Shown here in pieces: positions 27,607 through 42,054 of a stretch of DNA of 64,000 nucleotides. Origin of the DNA: Octopus vulgaris (lineage: Eukaryota); contig OX597820.1 of the NCBI GenBank assembly GCA_951406725.2, positions 62,620,001 to 62,684,000 of the forward strand, given 5' to 3'. The notes below the pieces were generated by a model, which was given only the letters and a program-made list of their open reading frames with translations, made no database searches and had not been told where the DNA came from. The translations under genes and the position numbers were made by a program. Position 1 is the first letter of the stretch; each line of letters begins with the position of its first letter.

Positions 27607-30600
27607 TAATGATAATAATGATAATAAAGTTACAAAAAAAGCCCCAAGGTGGTGTAGTGTGTACGTGAGTGAAGGATAATTTAAAGAAAAGTTTTTTTTC
27701 ATTGAAGATAATAGAAATTTAAACAAAATATAAAAAATATAATAAACATTAAAAAATCTAATGGAAATAAAGGAAGTTAATCAAAAATACATGAATCCAG
27801 TCGATTTATTTATCTATACATGTTCTTTGTTTAATCTTAGCAATCTAATCTTTTTATAGAAAAGATTAAAGAGCAGTATCAACAACTATAACAACTAAAA
27901 TAACAGCAAGGAAAACAACAATTGCAATATATATATACAACAGAAACAGCAACAAGTTTTCAGCCTAGAATGGAGACAACAGCAAAACAGTTTCTACATA
28001 CGAGAAAGAATATAAGAGAGCAACAACTATAACAGCAGTAATAGAAATAACAGCAAGAGTAATAACAACTAAACTATCGAGGATATGAACAGAGAAAATA
28101 GTGTGTATAGAATAAAGTAGAAAGGAAATAATCACCGATACTAATTTTAAAAGCAGTAGCAACAGTAAGGATACCAAAAAGAATATCAGTACTAAAATAA
28201 TAAATACAACAGGTACTTCGTATTTGTTTGATATGCTTTATATAACAGCCGATTTTTCTTCAGTCCTATATTGGTGTTTTAAAATTGATATTTCAGATTA
28301 AAATGGGTAACGCAGCATTAGAATCATGAGTGTGAGAAAAAAATTATAAATCTATGGTCATGGAGCACACATTTTGATAATTTTGCTTATTTGAGCAACA
28401 ATGAGTGCTAGAACGACGATGCAAGCGAAAACGAACATGACGAGAACGGTATTGGCTTATACAATAACATGAACAATATAATACAACACGTAACAAAAAC
28501 AACAAAAACAGACATGAAATACAAAGAAGGGATACGGGTGGAACCAACAATAACAAAATGTGCAAAAAAATCATCAACATAATAAAAATAAATGTTATTG
28601 TTGATGTAGATCCAGATAAATCTTGATTTACGAATTTATACTCAGAGGCGATCCAATCTCGATTACCGCTATCTTTCATTTGTTAGATAAATTTATTCAG
28701 CCTCGGAGGTAATGAAAATTTTAAATTCTTTTCATGCATTTACACTTTTGCATTCTCGAGGAAATTTTTTTGTTTTACAAATAGATATTTTTAATTCCTT
28801 GCTGAAACTAAATTCAATGTTTACATTACTGAAATCAAACAAAGATAATATACAGTTTAGTATTTAAATCTTTGTGAGATATGATTGATCGCAGAACACA
28901 ATCTAAAATGTATCTAATTCACTTTTAAGAAGGGTTATCAAGATATTATTACTAGCAGGTAATGTAGCTAGGCAGAGGTTCTCGCATAGTACCGTGATAG
29001 TTTTACGTTAGTAGAAGCTAAGAAAATTATTCGAAAGTAAGGACAGTTGACGTAGTTGAGCGTAGTATTTCACCGGAATTTATTTTAAGGACTACGGAAT
29101 ATAAAAATCAAATCAAATTAGACGTTCGGATTTAATTCAAAATGTAAATGGAAGAATCACTAGAATATATTTTATCCGGCTTTCTATGCATTAAGTTCAA
29201 TCCCTCCGCCCTACCAAGTTTACTTTGGCCTTCACCCTTCTCTAGCCCTAAAATACAAAACATATATTCAAGGTGATGGAATGGTGGAACTGATATGGTA
29301 TTTCTTCTGAATATTTCTATGGCAGACAATCTGACACATGCTTTACTGCCACAAATTGACCCATGTTTAACGTTAGCATCTCTTCTATATCTCTCGTTTG
29401 ACGATAAATTCGTCACTTTCTCGGCCAAATTCGTAAGTCCTGAAAACATTAAAGATTGGTGCACTTTACTTACGGACAAAATGGTCAAAGAAAAAGAACA
29501 GTAATTTTCGACTGATTCTGCCAACTTCAAATCTCAAAATACCATATATATATTCGCAAAATTAATTAAAAAGTAAATATAACACACATTCCCATTAATA
29601 TAAATTTCCAATCTATAAATTAAGAGACAGATATAGCATTGGGAAGATATGTTCGGGAAGAGATCACGCATGGTGATGAAAGGACCAGCTGATTGACCGA
29701 AGGACTAGTCTAACAGTCGATTACATAATCGGTTAAATGGCTAACTTGTGGACTAATGATAATGGAAGTAGGGAAAAGAAGCATTGTGTGTGTTTATTAT
29801 TGGCATAATAACGCTCCCAAGATACAACAAAAGTTACATATTGGGTTTTACATATAGTATCATGAACCCATGAAAATGGAGTGCGTGTACTGGAAAGTGT
29901 GGAAGTCAAATTGAATTCTGCTGGATTTGAAATCAGAAAGAAAAGGGGCATACGTAGATATGGCAAGGAGTCTCCCCCACCTAGTCTATAGATTACGCAA
30001 CCGATCTGCACTTTATTTTTTATGTAATAAACGTAATACGTTCTTTCATATATTTTTTTATTTATTATTTAGAGACGAAGGCAAGAGTATGGATAAGGAA
30101 AGGCGTGAGATTTATTCTAGTTCTAACGGCATTACTAGTAGTACAGGAATTGAATTTGGTTGATAAAACATATTACGGATTTCATGTGAAAGAAGCATAC
30201 ATGCTATTACGTAAAGAGATAAAGAGTGAAAGAGGGAGAGAGAGGAGGCAATGAGAGTAGCGACATATATCAATGTGACAGAAAATATTTACTGCGTATA
30301 TAGTACGTAAGTGTATTTTAAAAAATAATGGAAGATGAAAATTTTATTATAACAAGTTCGAAGACAAAAACAGAACAACTGAGTACATTTCTTCTTGATC
30401 ATCACTTGTTCATTCATCATTGATTCGCAATGCTAAGGTACAGCCAATGTGAACCAGGCTACGTTTATCACGAGTTGATCAGTGATAAGACAGTTCAGTG
30501 ATCGATCAATGATTCTGCTTGTACCGCAAAGCACGCCCCAGCGATTATCCAGATTGCTCAGGGCGACCTGAGGGCCCGGTACGAAGACTTTTCTTCCCCA

Positions 30601-31887
30601 TGTTTTGCCTATATGTTCTAGTCTACACTGATGATTTAACAGGGTGTTTTGCTTTTGGAAACAAACACCCGTGATAAACGATGAAATATATTTAGGAATA
30701 CTTTCGAGACAATGTCGAAAATTGAATTTTCCAGGTTTCCGATTGTTAGAAATATTTATGTATTAAATAAAAATGAAAGTGACAACATTTTCGCTGCGCT
30801 AGAGTTCCAGTCATGCATTAGTTTTAGTAGAAAGTAGAAACAGAGCTACAAATATGGTCGTTTCAATATAATGCAGCTCATTAAAATTTCATCCTATATC
30901 GGTATTGGTGATTGGATCACAGGTAAATGTCAAATCACAACTTTCTGCTTAGTTTTATCAACAGTTGTAACTTCTTGTGCGCATCCAATGGATTAGGTCT
31001 GCTCACACCACCGTTCTTATTCGCCATAGAATTTTCATTAGAGAGAATGAAAAACGTGGCCCCTTTAAAAGATGTATGCCTGTATGTATTCTTATGCATA
31101 TACTTGCATATCTAGACATGCTCATATATACTTAAATAATGTAGTTCTGGAAGGATTTATCAGATTTTTACAGTTCCAGTGATGGCTTGGATCTGTAGTC
31201 TTTAAATCAGGGGTCAGGCAAAAGAAAGAAAAAAATTGTGAAAGAGCCAAATTGGTGGATGGAACTGCTTAACCACGTGAAATATGCAACTATCAAATGG
31301 AAAAGCTTCATATAAAATTCTGACACAAACCACCAAGGGAAATAAAAATGATGAAACAAAGAGAAAAATTCCGAAAACTTATTTTTATTAATTATGTCGG
31401 CAGATCAGACTGGCTTTAATGTTTCCGAGATTTGAGGCAGATCTTATCAATCTATTAATAAATTAGTCTTTAAAATATTGAAGACAAGTTCGTTTTCTAC
31501 ATCTTTATGATTTTTAAAAACGTAATCGACGTGTGTGTGCGTGGGTGTGTGTGTATGCATGTATGTAGTACGTACAGGTATATGGATCTATACATATATA
31601 TATACACAAATGCCACGATATATGTGGAAATTATATTTCCGCCATATATGTGCAAATATAATTCTTTTAAATTATATATAATATATGATCTGTAATCTCA
31701 AGAGGCAGGCAATTTGAGATTATACAAACACACATATTATATACATAATTATGCATACAAATATAATTCCATATTTAATTTGAAATATATGAAATATTTA
31801 TAGAAATAATATTATAGCGTATTTAAATAATTACACACAATACCATATGTACCTGCATATACATGTATATGTATACACGTGCATGTA

Positions 31888-32412
31888 TACGTGGTCTGAT
31901 CAGTAAGTAGCTGGACTGTTACCATAGTAATGAAGCTAAAGCATGCAGACTAAAACCGCTTGGTACAGATTCACCTTCAAAGTTGTTGTGCATGCGCATT
32001 AAGATTTAACGTTGTAACTCACTTCCGCTGTTTACAGCAGTGCTTGGAAGGAAAGTGTGTAGTATGTGACTATAACAGAGAAAGTTGAGCAAAGAATCTG
32101 CATAAAATTTTGCTAACTTCTTGGCGATACCTGTTCAGAGGCCTACGTAAAATTTTCAAAAATTTTTCATCATATTTTTGACACAATCAAGTTCTTGTGC
32201 AACTGAAACACAGGTGTCTCTTTGGTCAAGCTGAAAGCATTTATGACACAAATTTGGGAGACACGCATCTCATACCCAAATCTTTAGTTATGATGGACTG
32301 AACTGAATCGTAGTGGAAGTGAGCAGGAACGTTATAACTTAGTGCACATGCACAGCGGATTTCAATGTCAACCTTTGCCAAGTGGCTTCATTCTGCGTGC
32401 TTTAGCTTCGGA
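31888..32412. mobile_element. Two mariner fragments in opposite orientation
   Basis: The plus strand has TA-CGTGGTCTGATCA, the 5' region and TEKVEQRICIKFC..LGDTCSEAY. The minus strand has the same 5' region (32322-32410 is inverted against 31934-32025) and SVQSIITKDLGMRCVSPKFV, both mariner transposase motifs. Confidence 0.75.
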
Positions 32413-33770
32413 TAATGGGTTTAACTTTATTGTTTAGCTTGATAATTAAACAATTAAGTATGGCATATACAGATAAGATAGTACCCCTGGAGTGGAATTC
32501 ATCACTGAAAGACATACCTATCCTACCAAAAAAAGAATTCAAGATTAAACTGATAAATAATATAAAGGTTTTCATGAATAGACTTATAGAAAGCATACTA
32601 CTATAATAATGAAAATACTATAGACGTTAATAATACAGACAATAATAAATTTATTAGGAATGTATTTAAATCTAGGGAAGAACCACCGTACAATAAAGAA
32701 ATGCAAAACTTGAAAGACAAAATTTGGGGAATAGTAAAAAAATCCAGAATTTTCTAAATACCCGAACATGCATTATAATTATCTTAAAAACCTAGCTATC
32801 AAGATAAAAGAACTGAGAAATACCGAATGAATCTTTGTACAATCTGACAAAACCAGAAACGTATATAGATTAGATATAGAAATATATAATAGTTTACTAG
32901 AGAAAGAAATCAATAAAAAATATAAAATAGTTCAAAATAATACTTCAGAGAAAATAAATAAGTGTTATAAAGAAATTATGACGAATTATGAACTAGATAA
33001 AAAAACAGAACCCTACGTGCCATTGCACCCAAGGATAACGCTAAAAGACAATAAAGATAATTTCTATGCAGACCCTAAAGTCCGACTAATATGCCCATGT
33101 AAGTCAGACCTAGGAAAACTGAGTAAATTAATTTTAGATAAATATATAAACAAATTAAATAATTTAGGTCACCTAAAGTTATGAGGCAGTAGAATGAAAA
33201 CTTTACAATGGTTTAAAAATATAAAAAACAATAAGGAATATAAGTTCATACAAATAGATATTGATAATTATTATGCTTCCATAAATGAAATAGTGTTGAA
33301 TAAAGCCTTGATATATGCTAAAAATATAAAAAGAATGACGATGGAAGAAATTTAGTCTAAATGGCAAGAACAACGCTCATTAAATACAAAAATAATGGGC
33401 GAGAAAGGACACAAGGGATTATTTTGATGTACTTATGGGAGCGCCAGATTTAGCAGAGGTAACCGACCTAGTTGGAATATATTTGCTTTCTGAATTAGAA
33501 ATAGTAAATTTAAATATAGAGGGGAGGGCTTATATAGGGATGATGTACTTTTAATAGCAAAAAATTGAACAAACAGAACTCTTGAAAATTATTAAAAGAA
33601 ATTATACAGGTTTTTAAAAAATTATGGGTTAGAAACTACTATATATAATGAACATTATAATGTAAATTTTGTAGATGCAAATTTGAATATTGCTACAGGG
33701 TTAATATAGCCTTTCCATAAACTTAATGAAAACCTAAAATACATAAATGCAGATAGTAATCACCCCACGT
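32413..33770 (+). pseudogene. Decayed Penelope-like reverse transcriptase (Neptune/Nematis-like)
   Basis: Contains RITLKDNKDNF..PKVRLICPCKSDLGKLSKLILD, FIQIDIDNYYASI, FDVLMGAPDLAEVTDLVGIYLL, LYRDDVL, VNFVDANLN and YINADSNHPP, with stops and frameshifts. Confidence 0.85.
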
Positions 33771-35178
33771 ACTTACGTATGTATGTTTGTATGCATATAT
33801 ATAGGTGTGGGTGTATGTACGTACGTATGTATGTATGTATGTATTTATGTATGTATGGTCATTATTCAGTTTTATTTCAAGCTTTCTTGCCAACAAAGAA
33901 AGAGCCGGTTTCATTGGAATTTCAACATCAACAACAGCGTATATTTGTATGCATGTATGTATGCATGATATACTCAAGACTAATATACTCAATATCGAAC
34001 TGAATAAATCAGATGAATGCGAATAAAAATTGGTTGTTGAATAAGATGGAGTGTTGCAAAAGTAGATATAATGAGCTACAGGGAAAAGAGAGAATATATT
34101 ATTAAGGAAAAAGAGAATATATCATTAAGAGAAGACAAAAAGACAGGTCAGTGATACTGTTAAGAATTCAATTGCAACCAGATTCAGTTTGATAACGTTG
34201 ATCATAAATGATAACATTAAAATGTACTCATTAAAATATGGGCAGCTGTTTATTGGCTCACTGTTTGCATTTGAGCCGAACTGTTACAAGATCTGTAGAT
34301 TAAGGCTTGCCTCATCTGCAAGATAATGTCTGCATTCTCCTCAATTCTCGTTCTTTATTGCATTCTATAATTTTCTCATCAATTCCACTCTCTCTTTCTC
34401 TCTCTCTCTATCTATCTATATATCTCTATATTATATATTTGTGCGAATGTGTGTACATATATAATTAAGAATGTTATTGAATTACCTCCTAAATAAACAA
34501 GAACCAATCTACAAGCAATTCTTATTCCTAAATGTTTGTGTACACGTGTAACAGACAAAGTATCATTCCTCTAAGTACGCGAGTGTAATTTGTTTAGGGC
34601 AGTAATATAAACGTCTTTTCAGGAAACTCGAAATTGAAAAAAATTAAAGAGCCAGCACTTGCTGAGAAACCAAGAAAACGAAACACAACTTATTGTTCCG
34701 CCTTCTACCGATTCTGGCTATATCTGGCATTAGATATATCACCTTACTCAGTCAATGCAAGCTTGATTCTTACTAAAGCCGTCAATAAAGACCTAGATGG
34801 AGCATATGCTTAGCTTCACAGAACAGCAACATTTATCTCAATCCACTATGCAGATTCCTTTTATTCCAAATTAGCACAGATCTAAACTCGGAGTACAGCC
34901 CAGTAGAAGATCCTGAAATGCGATAGCTGAAGTAAAAAGATATGTGCTTTTATGGCAAATGAACAATGAAGAGACCGCCTACGACGCGTGATATTTAAAT
35001 GTTTACACGTCTTTCATTACCAGTTAGCTACTACCTGCAGTAGGATTCTGGGACTACAGGAGGCTCATTGTCAGTGTGGCTTCACCAAATCGAGCCTTGT
35101 TGATGATGATGATGGTAGTGGTGGTGGTGGTGGTGGTAATGAAAATGTTTATATGTATATATTTACATATGTTTGTGC

Positions 35179-35221
<43 letters not shown>

Positions 35222-35817
35222 TATAATATATATATATATGCATATAATATATATATATACATGCATAAATAAAAAGATATAGCCATATGAATCTATAAAG
35301 ATATCCATGAATAAATTTAGAACTCACCTTTGTACAAATAAATATCAATCTATACAATTATATACATAGCTACACGCATTCATACATTCAATCAAAAATT
35401 TATAAAGAGAAATTATATAGAAAGCAAAAACACCCATAATACTTTTTCAGTAAATAGGCAAGAGTCTGCCTCGAACAATACATACACAGTCAGATGCACG
35501 CACAAACGCACGTACGCACACACAAACACACGCACATACACACACAGACACATACATACATACATAATACACACATACAAACACACACGCACATGCATAT
35601 ATAATATGCAGAAATATATTTTCACTTCCATTATTTGTATTGGTATAAATGTACATACATATGTATACATATACACAAATTTACGTAAATTTATGAATTG
35701 TATATATATATATATATATATATACATTTACATTGGTGCCTACACACACACACATATATATATATATCAGGTATATATCATATAAATGCATACACAGAAA
35801 CAAGCATATACACACAC

Positions 35818-35863
<46 letters not shown>

Positions 35864-36324
35864 ACCGGGAAATGCACGTACAAAACTATGAAACGACTAA
35901 AGAAATGTAAGCAACTTTAATTTTGGTCAAACAAAAAACAATAAGCAAGTTAAATATATAGAAAAATGTAGTTCAATCGCACAAGAGCATTAATAATTCT
36001 TAGTTCATAACGAATACAAAAAGATATTATAGCTAAATGAATATTTATCTTAAGTAAGCAACACATTTAAAGAAATAGATTTTTTATGAATAAATATAGC
36101 GGAAATCAGCTGAGGGTAAATATTTCTTTCATTGCAAAATCAGTCACTGATATTTTTGTTAATATTATGCTCTTATTAAGACATTATATACTTATGTGGT
36201 GTGTTTGTGTTTATGTATGTGTCCACGTGTGCGTGTACGTATGCGTGTGCGCGCACATGTGTATGGTTCTCTCTCTCTCTCTACATATATATATATGTCG
36301 CTCTGTGTGTGTGTATGTACAATG

Positions 36325-36500
36325 AGGTGCTTCGCGTTGTTGCGCCATTGTATTCTGTGTTCAAATTCCATCGAGTTCCACTTTGCCTTCCTGCATTCCG
36401 GAGCTGCTAAAATGAAAGAATAGTTGGATATGGAACTCTATGATATCGACTTATTATCAACGCTCAAAATTGCTGATTCTGCGCCGAAATCAGAAGCAAC
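36325..36500 (+). mobile_element. SINE family 2, diverged
   Basis: Contains GTTCAAATTCCATCGAGTTCCACTTTGCCTT. Confidence 0.55.
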
Positions 36501-36536
36501 ACACATTCACACATTTCTCTCTCTTTTTCTCTATGC

Positions 36537-36588
<52 letters not shown>

Positions 36589-36736
36589 GCATATATATAT
36601 ATATATGTGTATGTGTGTGTGTGTGTGTGTGTGTCATGAATAAGTATATCTTTCTCTTGCTCTAAGTACTTTCCTCTGCTGTCGTAAAAATAAAACTGTG
36701 GGTGCATGCATGCATGCATTTATACAAATATTTCTG

Positions 36737-36767
<31 letters not shown>

Positions 36768-36816
36768 ATATATATATAGATATGCATATATAAATATATA
36801 TATATATATATGTATA

Positions 36817-36855
<39 letters not shown>

Positions 36856-36933
36856 GTATGTATGTATATATATGTATATATATATATATCTATATACGTA
36901 TGTATGTATGTATATATATAGAGAGAGATATGC

Positions 36934-36982
<49 letters not shown>

Positions 36983-37232
36983 ATATAAAATATAAATTAG
37001 AGATGAAACCACTATTATGCAACTCAAAACATAAATAACAAATAATATATATTTTTATAAAACATATAACTAGGTTTCAAAAAGTATAAAAATGAATGAT
37101 CAATATATAATAAGTAAAAAAAGTAGTTATATGTTTTATAAAAATATATATTATTTGTTATTTATGTTTTGGTTTATGTCTATCACTGAGTTGCATGATG
37201 GAGGTTTTATCTCTAATTCATATTTTATATAT
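36983..37232. repeat. AT-rich inverted repeat (~90-bp arms) next to (TA)n
   Basis: 36983-37071 matches the reverse complement of 37123-37232 apart from an indel of about 15 nt. Confidence 0.85.
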
Positions 37233-37758
37233 TTATATTGTGAAAATTGATTTAATACTAAATTGAATTTCTCCCTGTAAGTTTGGAGTTATACTCCACA
37301 TTACACAGATAATGTTCGAATCTCTTTTAAAGGCAAAATAAAGAGAATAGTGTATAACTGTATTCTCATATACAGAACGACTTACACAAACATTCATACA
37401 TATATGTACACTCGTATGTGCAACCAGATTACATGCACATAAACATGCAAGAAATATACAAGAGTGTGGACCACAAATATATATACTCACGCAAACCTGT
37501 TCTCTATACTCCAGACGCACAAAAATAATCTATCGCTACACGCGTTTCTATACATCATGTTTCTTCAGATCATAGTCTGTGTTCTTTAGATCAGGAATCC
37601 TTTTCAGCGTTAGTTAGGCACTTTCCCAAATCTTATCTCGAAATATTCAACAGGCATAATGTACAAATAAATATATGTGACCTTTCGCAATCTAGAATGC
37701 TACATACTCAAACTAAATAATACAAAACAAAATACAATAAACTTAGAGGCGACATATT

Positions 37759-37957
37759 ACTTATTCTATCGGTCTCTTTTGCCGAACCGCTAACCCGCTA
37801 AGTTACGGGGACATAAACACACCAGCATCGATTGTCAAGCGATGTTGGGGGGACAAACACAGACACACAAAGCACACACATACACACACATACACTTATA
37901 TATACACATATATACGACGGGCTTCATTCAGTTACCATCTACCACATCCACTCACAA
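37759..37957 (-). mobile_element. SINE family 1, partial
   Basis: Homologous to 61380-61555. Confidence 0.75.
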
Positions 37958-37964
37958 TCCCATG

Positions 37965-38793
37965 GCAAAGCATTTTGGATAAGTGTCTTCCACTTATTGT
38001 TATCAGCTGGGCATGCTATATCTATGATCCAGCATCGTTTGCTTTCTCTCTCGATTAAGACTTATGTCTGGCTTCCTATTCTCTATCTCATAGTCGCGCT
38101 AAATCATAGAATCCTACAGGAACTAAGTATTATCATTTTCGATGATGCCTTCGGGTTTGTGGTCGTACCAATTTTTTTCTCTGTCAAGCCCATACTTGTT
38201 GCAAAGTGTCCAATGGAGAAGCCTGGCTATATTGTCGTGGCGTTTCTTATATTGCTTCTGGGCTAGTGGCATACATTGGCTGGTAATATGCCATACGGTT
38301 TCACCGTTTTGTCCACAGATTCTGCACTTATTATTTTCTGTTATGTTGTCTATTCTGTATTTTATGTAGTTTGTTCTTAGTGCTTGCTCTTGGGCAGCAC
38401 AGATTAGAGCCTCCGTTTCCGGTTTTAAATTACTTTCAATCCTCCACAGCCATCTTTTTTCTCTGTCTGTCTTATCTTCAACATTCCTATGATATTGACC
38501 ATGCATTCTTTTCTTTACCCACCTATTTTCAGTTTCATTCGTTTTCAATTTCTTGTACAGTTCTTTATCTTTGCAATCTTTCATCCTACACAAGCCTGCT
38601 CTTCTTACTTCTAATAATAGCAGTTTTGTGGCATTTTTTACGTTCTATGCTATGTTGTTTTCTTCTGCTCTAATGCTGTGTTCGCATCCAATGAGTCCTC
38701 TTCTCCCTCTTTTTCTTGGTGCATACAGCCTGACAGTGTCACTTTTTGAGTGGGGTGCCCCATATCTAGTTAGCAACTTCCTTGTTTTTCTGC

Positions 38794-38795
<2 letters not shown>
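37965..38795 (-). mobile_element. R4/Dong-like fragment (post-RT region, CCHC finger, RLE start)
   Basis: The ORF at 38123-38593 reads WVKKRMHGQY...WL...LKPETEALICAAQEQALRTNY...CRICGQNGETVWHITSQC..LAQKQYKKRHD...LHW...WYDHKP. It abuts (TTA)n. Confidence 0.9.
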
Positions 38796-38860
<65 letters not shown>

Positions 38861-38897
38861 GTCATCCTTATTATTATTATTATTATTATTGTCATCG

Positions 38898-38968
<71 letters not shown>

Positions 38969-39000
38969 TTTATTATCATCATTATTATTATTATTATTAT

Positions 39001-39129
39001 TCAGTAGTTTTATTTTTATAGCGTGCTTTCACTTCACTTACCGAGCGCAGCTCTGTGTGCCTTGGGTATGTGCTGTGATTTGTTGTGATGCTCTGATGGT
39101 TATTGTATGGAAAGTGTTCTGCGTAGGAT

Positions 39130-39131
<2 letters not shown>
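39001..39131 (-). mobile_element. ~130-nt 3' terminus of an R4/Dong-like element
   Basis: The reverse complement reads ILRRTLSIQ* followed by a UTR and (AAT)n. A near-identical copy lies at 39957-40085. Confidence 0.7.
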
Positions 39132-39163
<32 letters not shown>

Positions 39164-39185
39164 TACTACTACTATTATTATTATT

Positions 39186-39739
39186 GAGTGAGAGAGCAGT
39201 TCATGCCATCAAAGTGACACTGGGGTAAAATATACGAAGCCCAATATACCCATCATGACTACCCGTCTGATAAAGGTACACCAGGCACATGCATCACAAC
39301 CATATGTGCGCGACATGGTGATCTCATATCAAGATAAACAGCACTTGACCTTGCAGGTGGAGCCCAGTTAGAATTTTCTTCAGGTTGAGTAGCCCATCCT
39401 GCTCAAAAGGTCCCTGAATAAGGGTTGCTTTAGGATGTTGAACGAAACACCTATGTTTCCAGAGGTGAATTATTCAAACCCCAAAGAATCCCTCTCAACA
39501 CATGGCCATGATGCTCCCCCTCTACTTCTGCTCGTGATCAGAGATGCACATATCGTCAGTCACTAAGGGACATGCTCAACTGGTTAAGGCCAAACAACTG
39601 ACAAGCAAATCTGTGGTATTGAGCAGAATATTTGCTGTAGCCCATCTTTTATACCAAGACAAAACAATGTACATGATAACACTTCCAATCAGTTAAGATC
39701 AGAAGCCATGAGAGCCACTGCCTGGTACTGCATCAGGGC
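39186..39739 (-). mobile_element. ~555-nt (TAA)n-associated element, copy 3 (longest 5' end, GCCCTGATGCAGTACCAGG)
   Basis: Reverse-complement match to the other copies. It sits in (TTA)n, so polarity relative to the repeat is the same. Confidence 0.9.
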
Positions 39740-39812
<73 letters not shown>

Positions 39813-39855
39813 GTTATTGTCATCCTTATTATTATTATTATTATTATTATTATTG

Positions 39856-39925
<70 letters not shown>

Positions 39926-39956
39926 CATCATCATCATTATTATTATTATTATTATT

Positions 39957-40085
39957 CAGTAGTTTTATTTTTATAGCGTGCTTTCACTTCACTTCCGAGC
40001 GCAGCTCTGTGTGCCTTGGGTATGTGCTGTGATTTGTTGTGATGCTCTGATGGTTATTGTATGGAAAGTGTTCTGCGTAGGATGT
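39957..40085 (-). mobile_element. Duplicate of the ~130-nt R4/Dong-like 3' terminus
   Basis: Nearly identical to 39001-39131. Confidence 0.7.
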
Positions 40086-40139
40086 ATTATTATTATTATT
40101 ATTATTATTACTTATTATTATTATTATTATTAATATTAT

Positions 40140-40395
40140 TGCCTTTGCACAGCTTCTAACGCTGGGGATGTACTACAGTCAGATGTTCACTACCAGTGAA
40201 CTAAGGTAGCACCTTCCAGGATGTTCGAGCAGTTCCAAACTGCTGTTTTCTGCAAGTGCTCCGCCCTTATTGCAGCCCGTTTGTTCCACGTACTTCTTGA
40301 GATTTTTGCTCACTGTTCCCAGGGCTCCGAGAATTATTTGTACTACTGCTACCTTTTTCATCGACCACAACTGCTTAACTTCTCAAGCTAACCTA
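40140..40395 (-). mobile_element. R4/Dong-like 3' end
   Basis: Translates as EVKQLWSMKKVAVVQIILGALGTVSKNLKKYV...LQKTA, with an (AAT)n tail on the sense strand. Confidence 0.75.
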
Positions 40396-40450
40396 GTAGT
40401 AGTCGTAGTAATAGTAGTAGTAGCAGCAAGAGTATAGTAGTATTAGTAGC

Positions 40451-40495
<45 letters not shown>

Positions 40496-40777
40496 TTTTG
40501 TTGTAGTTGTAATAATAATACAAGTAGTAATTGTTGTTTTAGCTGTAACAGTAGTAGTGTTGCTAATTTTATGTGTTTTGGTTGTTTTTATTCTTGTTTC
40601 TCATGTTACTCTTTCCAGGTTACGGATCAGCAGATACCCTGGCCATATTCATCCGCTTGATATAGAAATAACCAAAACATACGCAGGCATCGTTAGTATT
40701 GTTGTTGCTATACCTGTCAATATGACCATCTATATATCTATACCATTTCTCTAACTATACCATCTATATATCTATAC

Positions 40778-41013
40778 CAGTGGTTCTCAGACAGGGCCCA
40801 CATGACCCTTGGGTGGAGGGCCATATAAGATTTTGTTGTTAAAATCTATGTACAATAAATTGTTTATACTTCTTCAACCAACAAAATATTAGAATAATTT
40901 TTTTAATACAATTCCTAATAATATTTAATTACCAAAAATATATTAGGATTCCTTAAACATCAAATGGCTATGACGGGTCACTCAAGTAAAATAAGAATCG
41001 ACAGGGACCACTG
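40778..41013. mobile_element. hAT-Charlie-type MITE, old
   Basis: Termini CAGTGGTTCTC and GGGACCACTG. The 8-bp flanks are degenerate (ATCTATAC/ATCCTAAC). Confidence 0.6.
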
Positions 41014-41229
41014 ATCCTAACCATCTATATATCTATGAGGTCTATATCCCCATGTATATATCTATACCATCTATGACCATCTATATATCTATATCATATC
41101 AATGCTATCTATACTATACTATACTATATCTATACCACCTATATCTATACTATATGACCATCACCGCTAACCCACACTCCATGTACACCACTCAATAAAA
41201 GTCTGTTCAACATTGGTCTTTGTTGTGAT

Positions 41230-41260
<31 letters not shown>

Positions 41261-41280
41261 TTTGACTTTGAGTTAAAGAG

Positions 41281-41323
<43 letters not shown>

Positions 41324-41334
41324 TGTATACATAC

Positions 41335-41540
41335 CGATTGTTCCTCCTAGTCAGAAGAGTGCCGTCCCTTTCTTCGAACCTTGCACAAACCATGTGCATA
41401 CAGAGGTGGTTCCTCAGCCCAGCTTCCGTTCTGCAAAACTCGTTCACAAATATAACTCTTGAATTGTCTGTCTCATGACATCGCTGGCTGCTGCATCGTC
41501 GTGACCTCATATATTTTACCATGCATGGTTAGGCCGCCAG
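41335..41540 (-). mobile_element. RTE LINE 3' end remnant
   Basis: EFCRTEAGLRNHLCMH resembles the terminal zinc-finger-like motif of RTE ORFs. It is followed by a short UTR and repeats. Confidence 0.5.
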
Positions 41541-41696
41541 ATGACTTGTGTGTACACCTATATACCTATATTTCTCATTCACACATACTTTCTCATATAT
41601 ATGAATGCGAACTTTTGTGGTTTGTGTGTGCGATTGTGAAGATACGCACAAAGTTTCCCTCCCGCATATTTTTATGTATTTACTTATTGATGTTCG

Positions 41697-41746
<50 letters not shown>

Positions 41747-41997
41747 AATATAGGATAAAATTTTTCGAAAAAAATTTTATCAATGGCCAGCATGTTAAAA
41801 AATACCTTTCAATGTTAAATTTATAAACACCTTATAAACAAGGGCAAAAGAAAAAAATTTCTAATGCCAAATATGCCGAAACTAGACACATCGACCATGA
41901 CCATATAATTCATCACAATAAGCAGGCGTCTCGAAGAAAGCCGACAGAAATTTCTAAACAATTCCGTTATTATCAAACAGATAATAAGTTGTATATA

Positions 41998-42054
<57 letters not shown>

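Noticed and set aside
27870-28600. Thr/Asn-rich mucin-like reading
   Set aside because: It is a degenerate (AAC)/(AAT) low-complexity tract with stops.
29295-30011. Short ORFs resembling a hAT fragment or a host exon
   Set aside because: No recognisable domain, and the splice signals are ambiguous.
30628-30672. CTGATGA...GAAA, hammerhead- or C/D-box-like
   Set aside because: No stem II or stem I pairing in the hammerhead register, and no convincing D box or terminal stem.
38553-39191. 212-aa hydrophobic ORF
   Set aside because: It is the antisense of a Dong fragment plus a (TTA)n repeat.
39690-39739. Hammerhead or HDV ribozyme at the 5' end of the 555-nt element
   Set aside because: CTGATGC lacks A9, there is no matching GAAA, and I could not build an HDV double pseudoknot.
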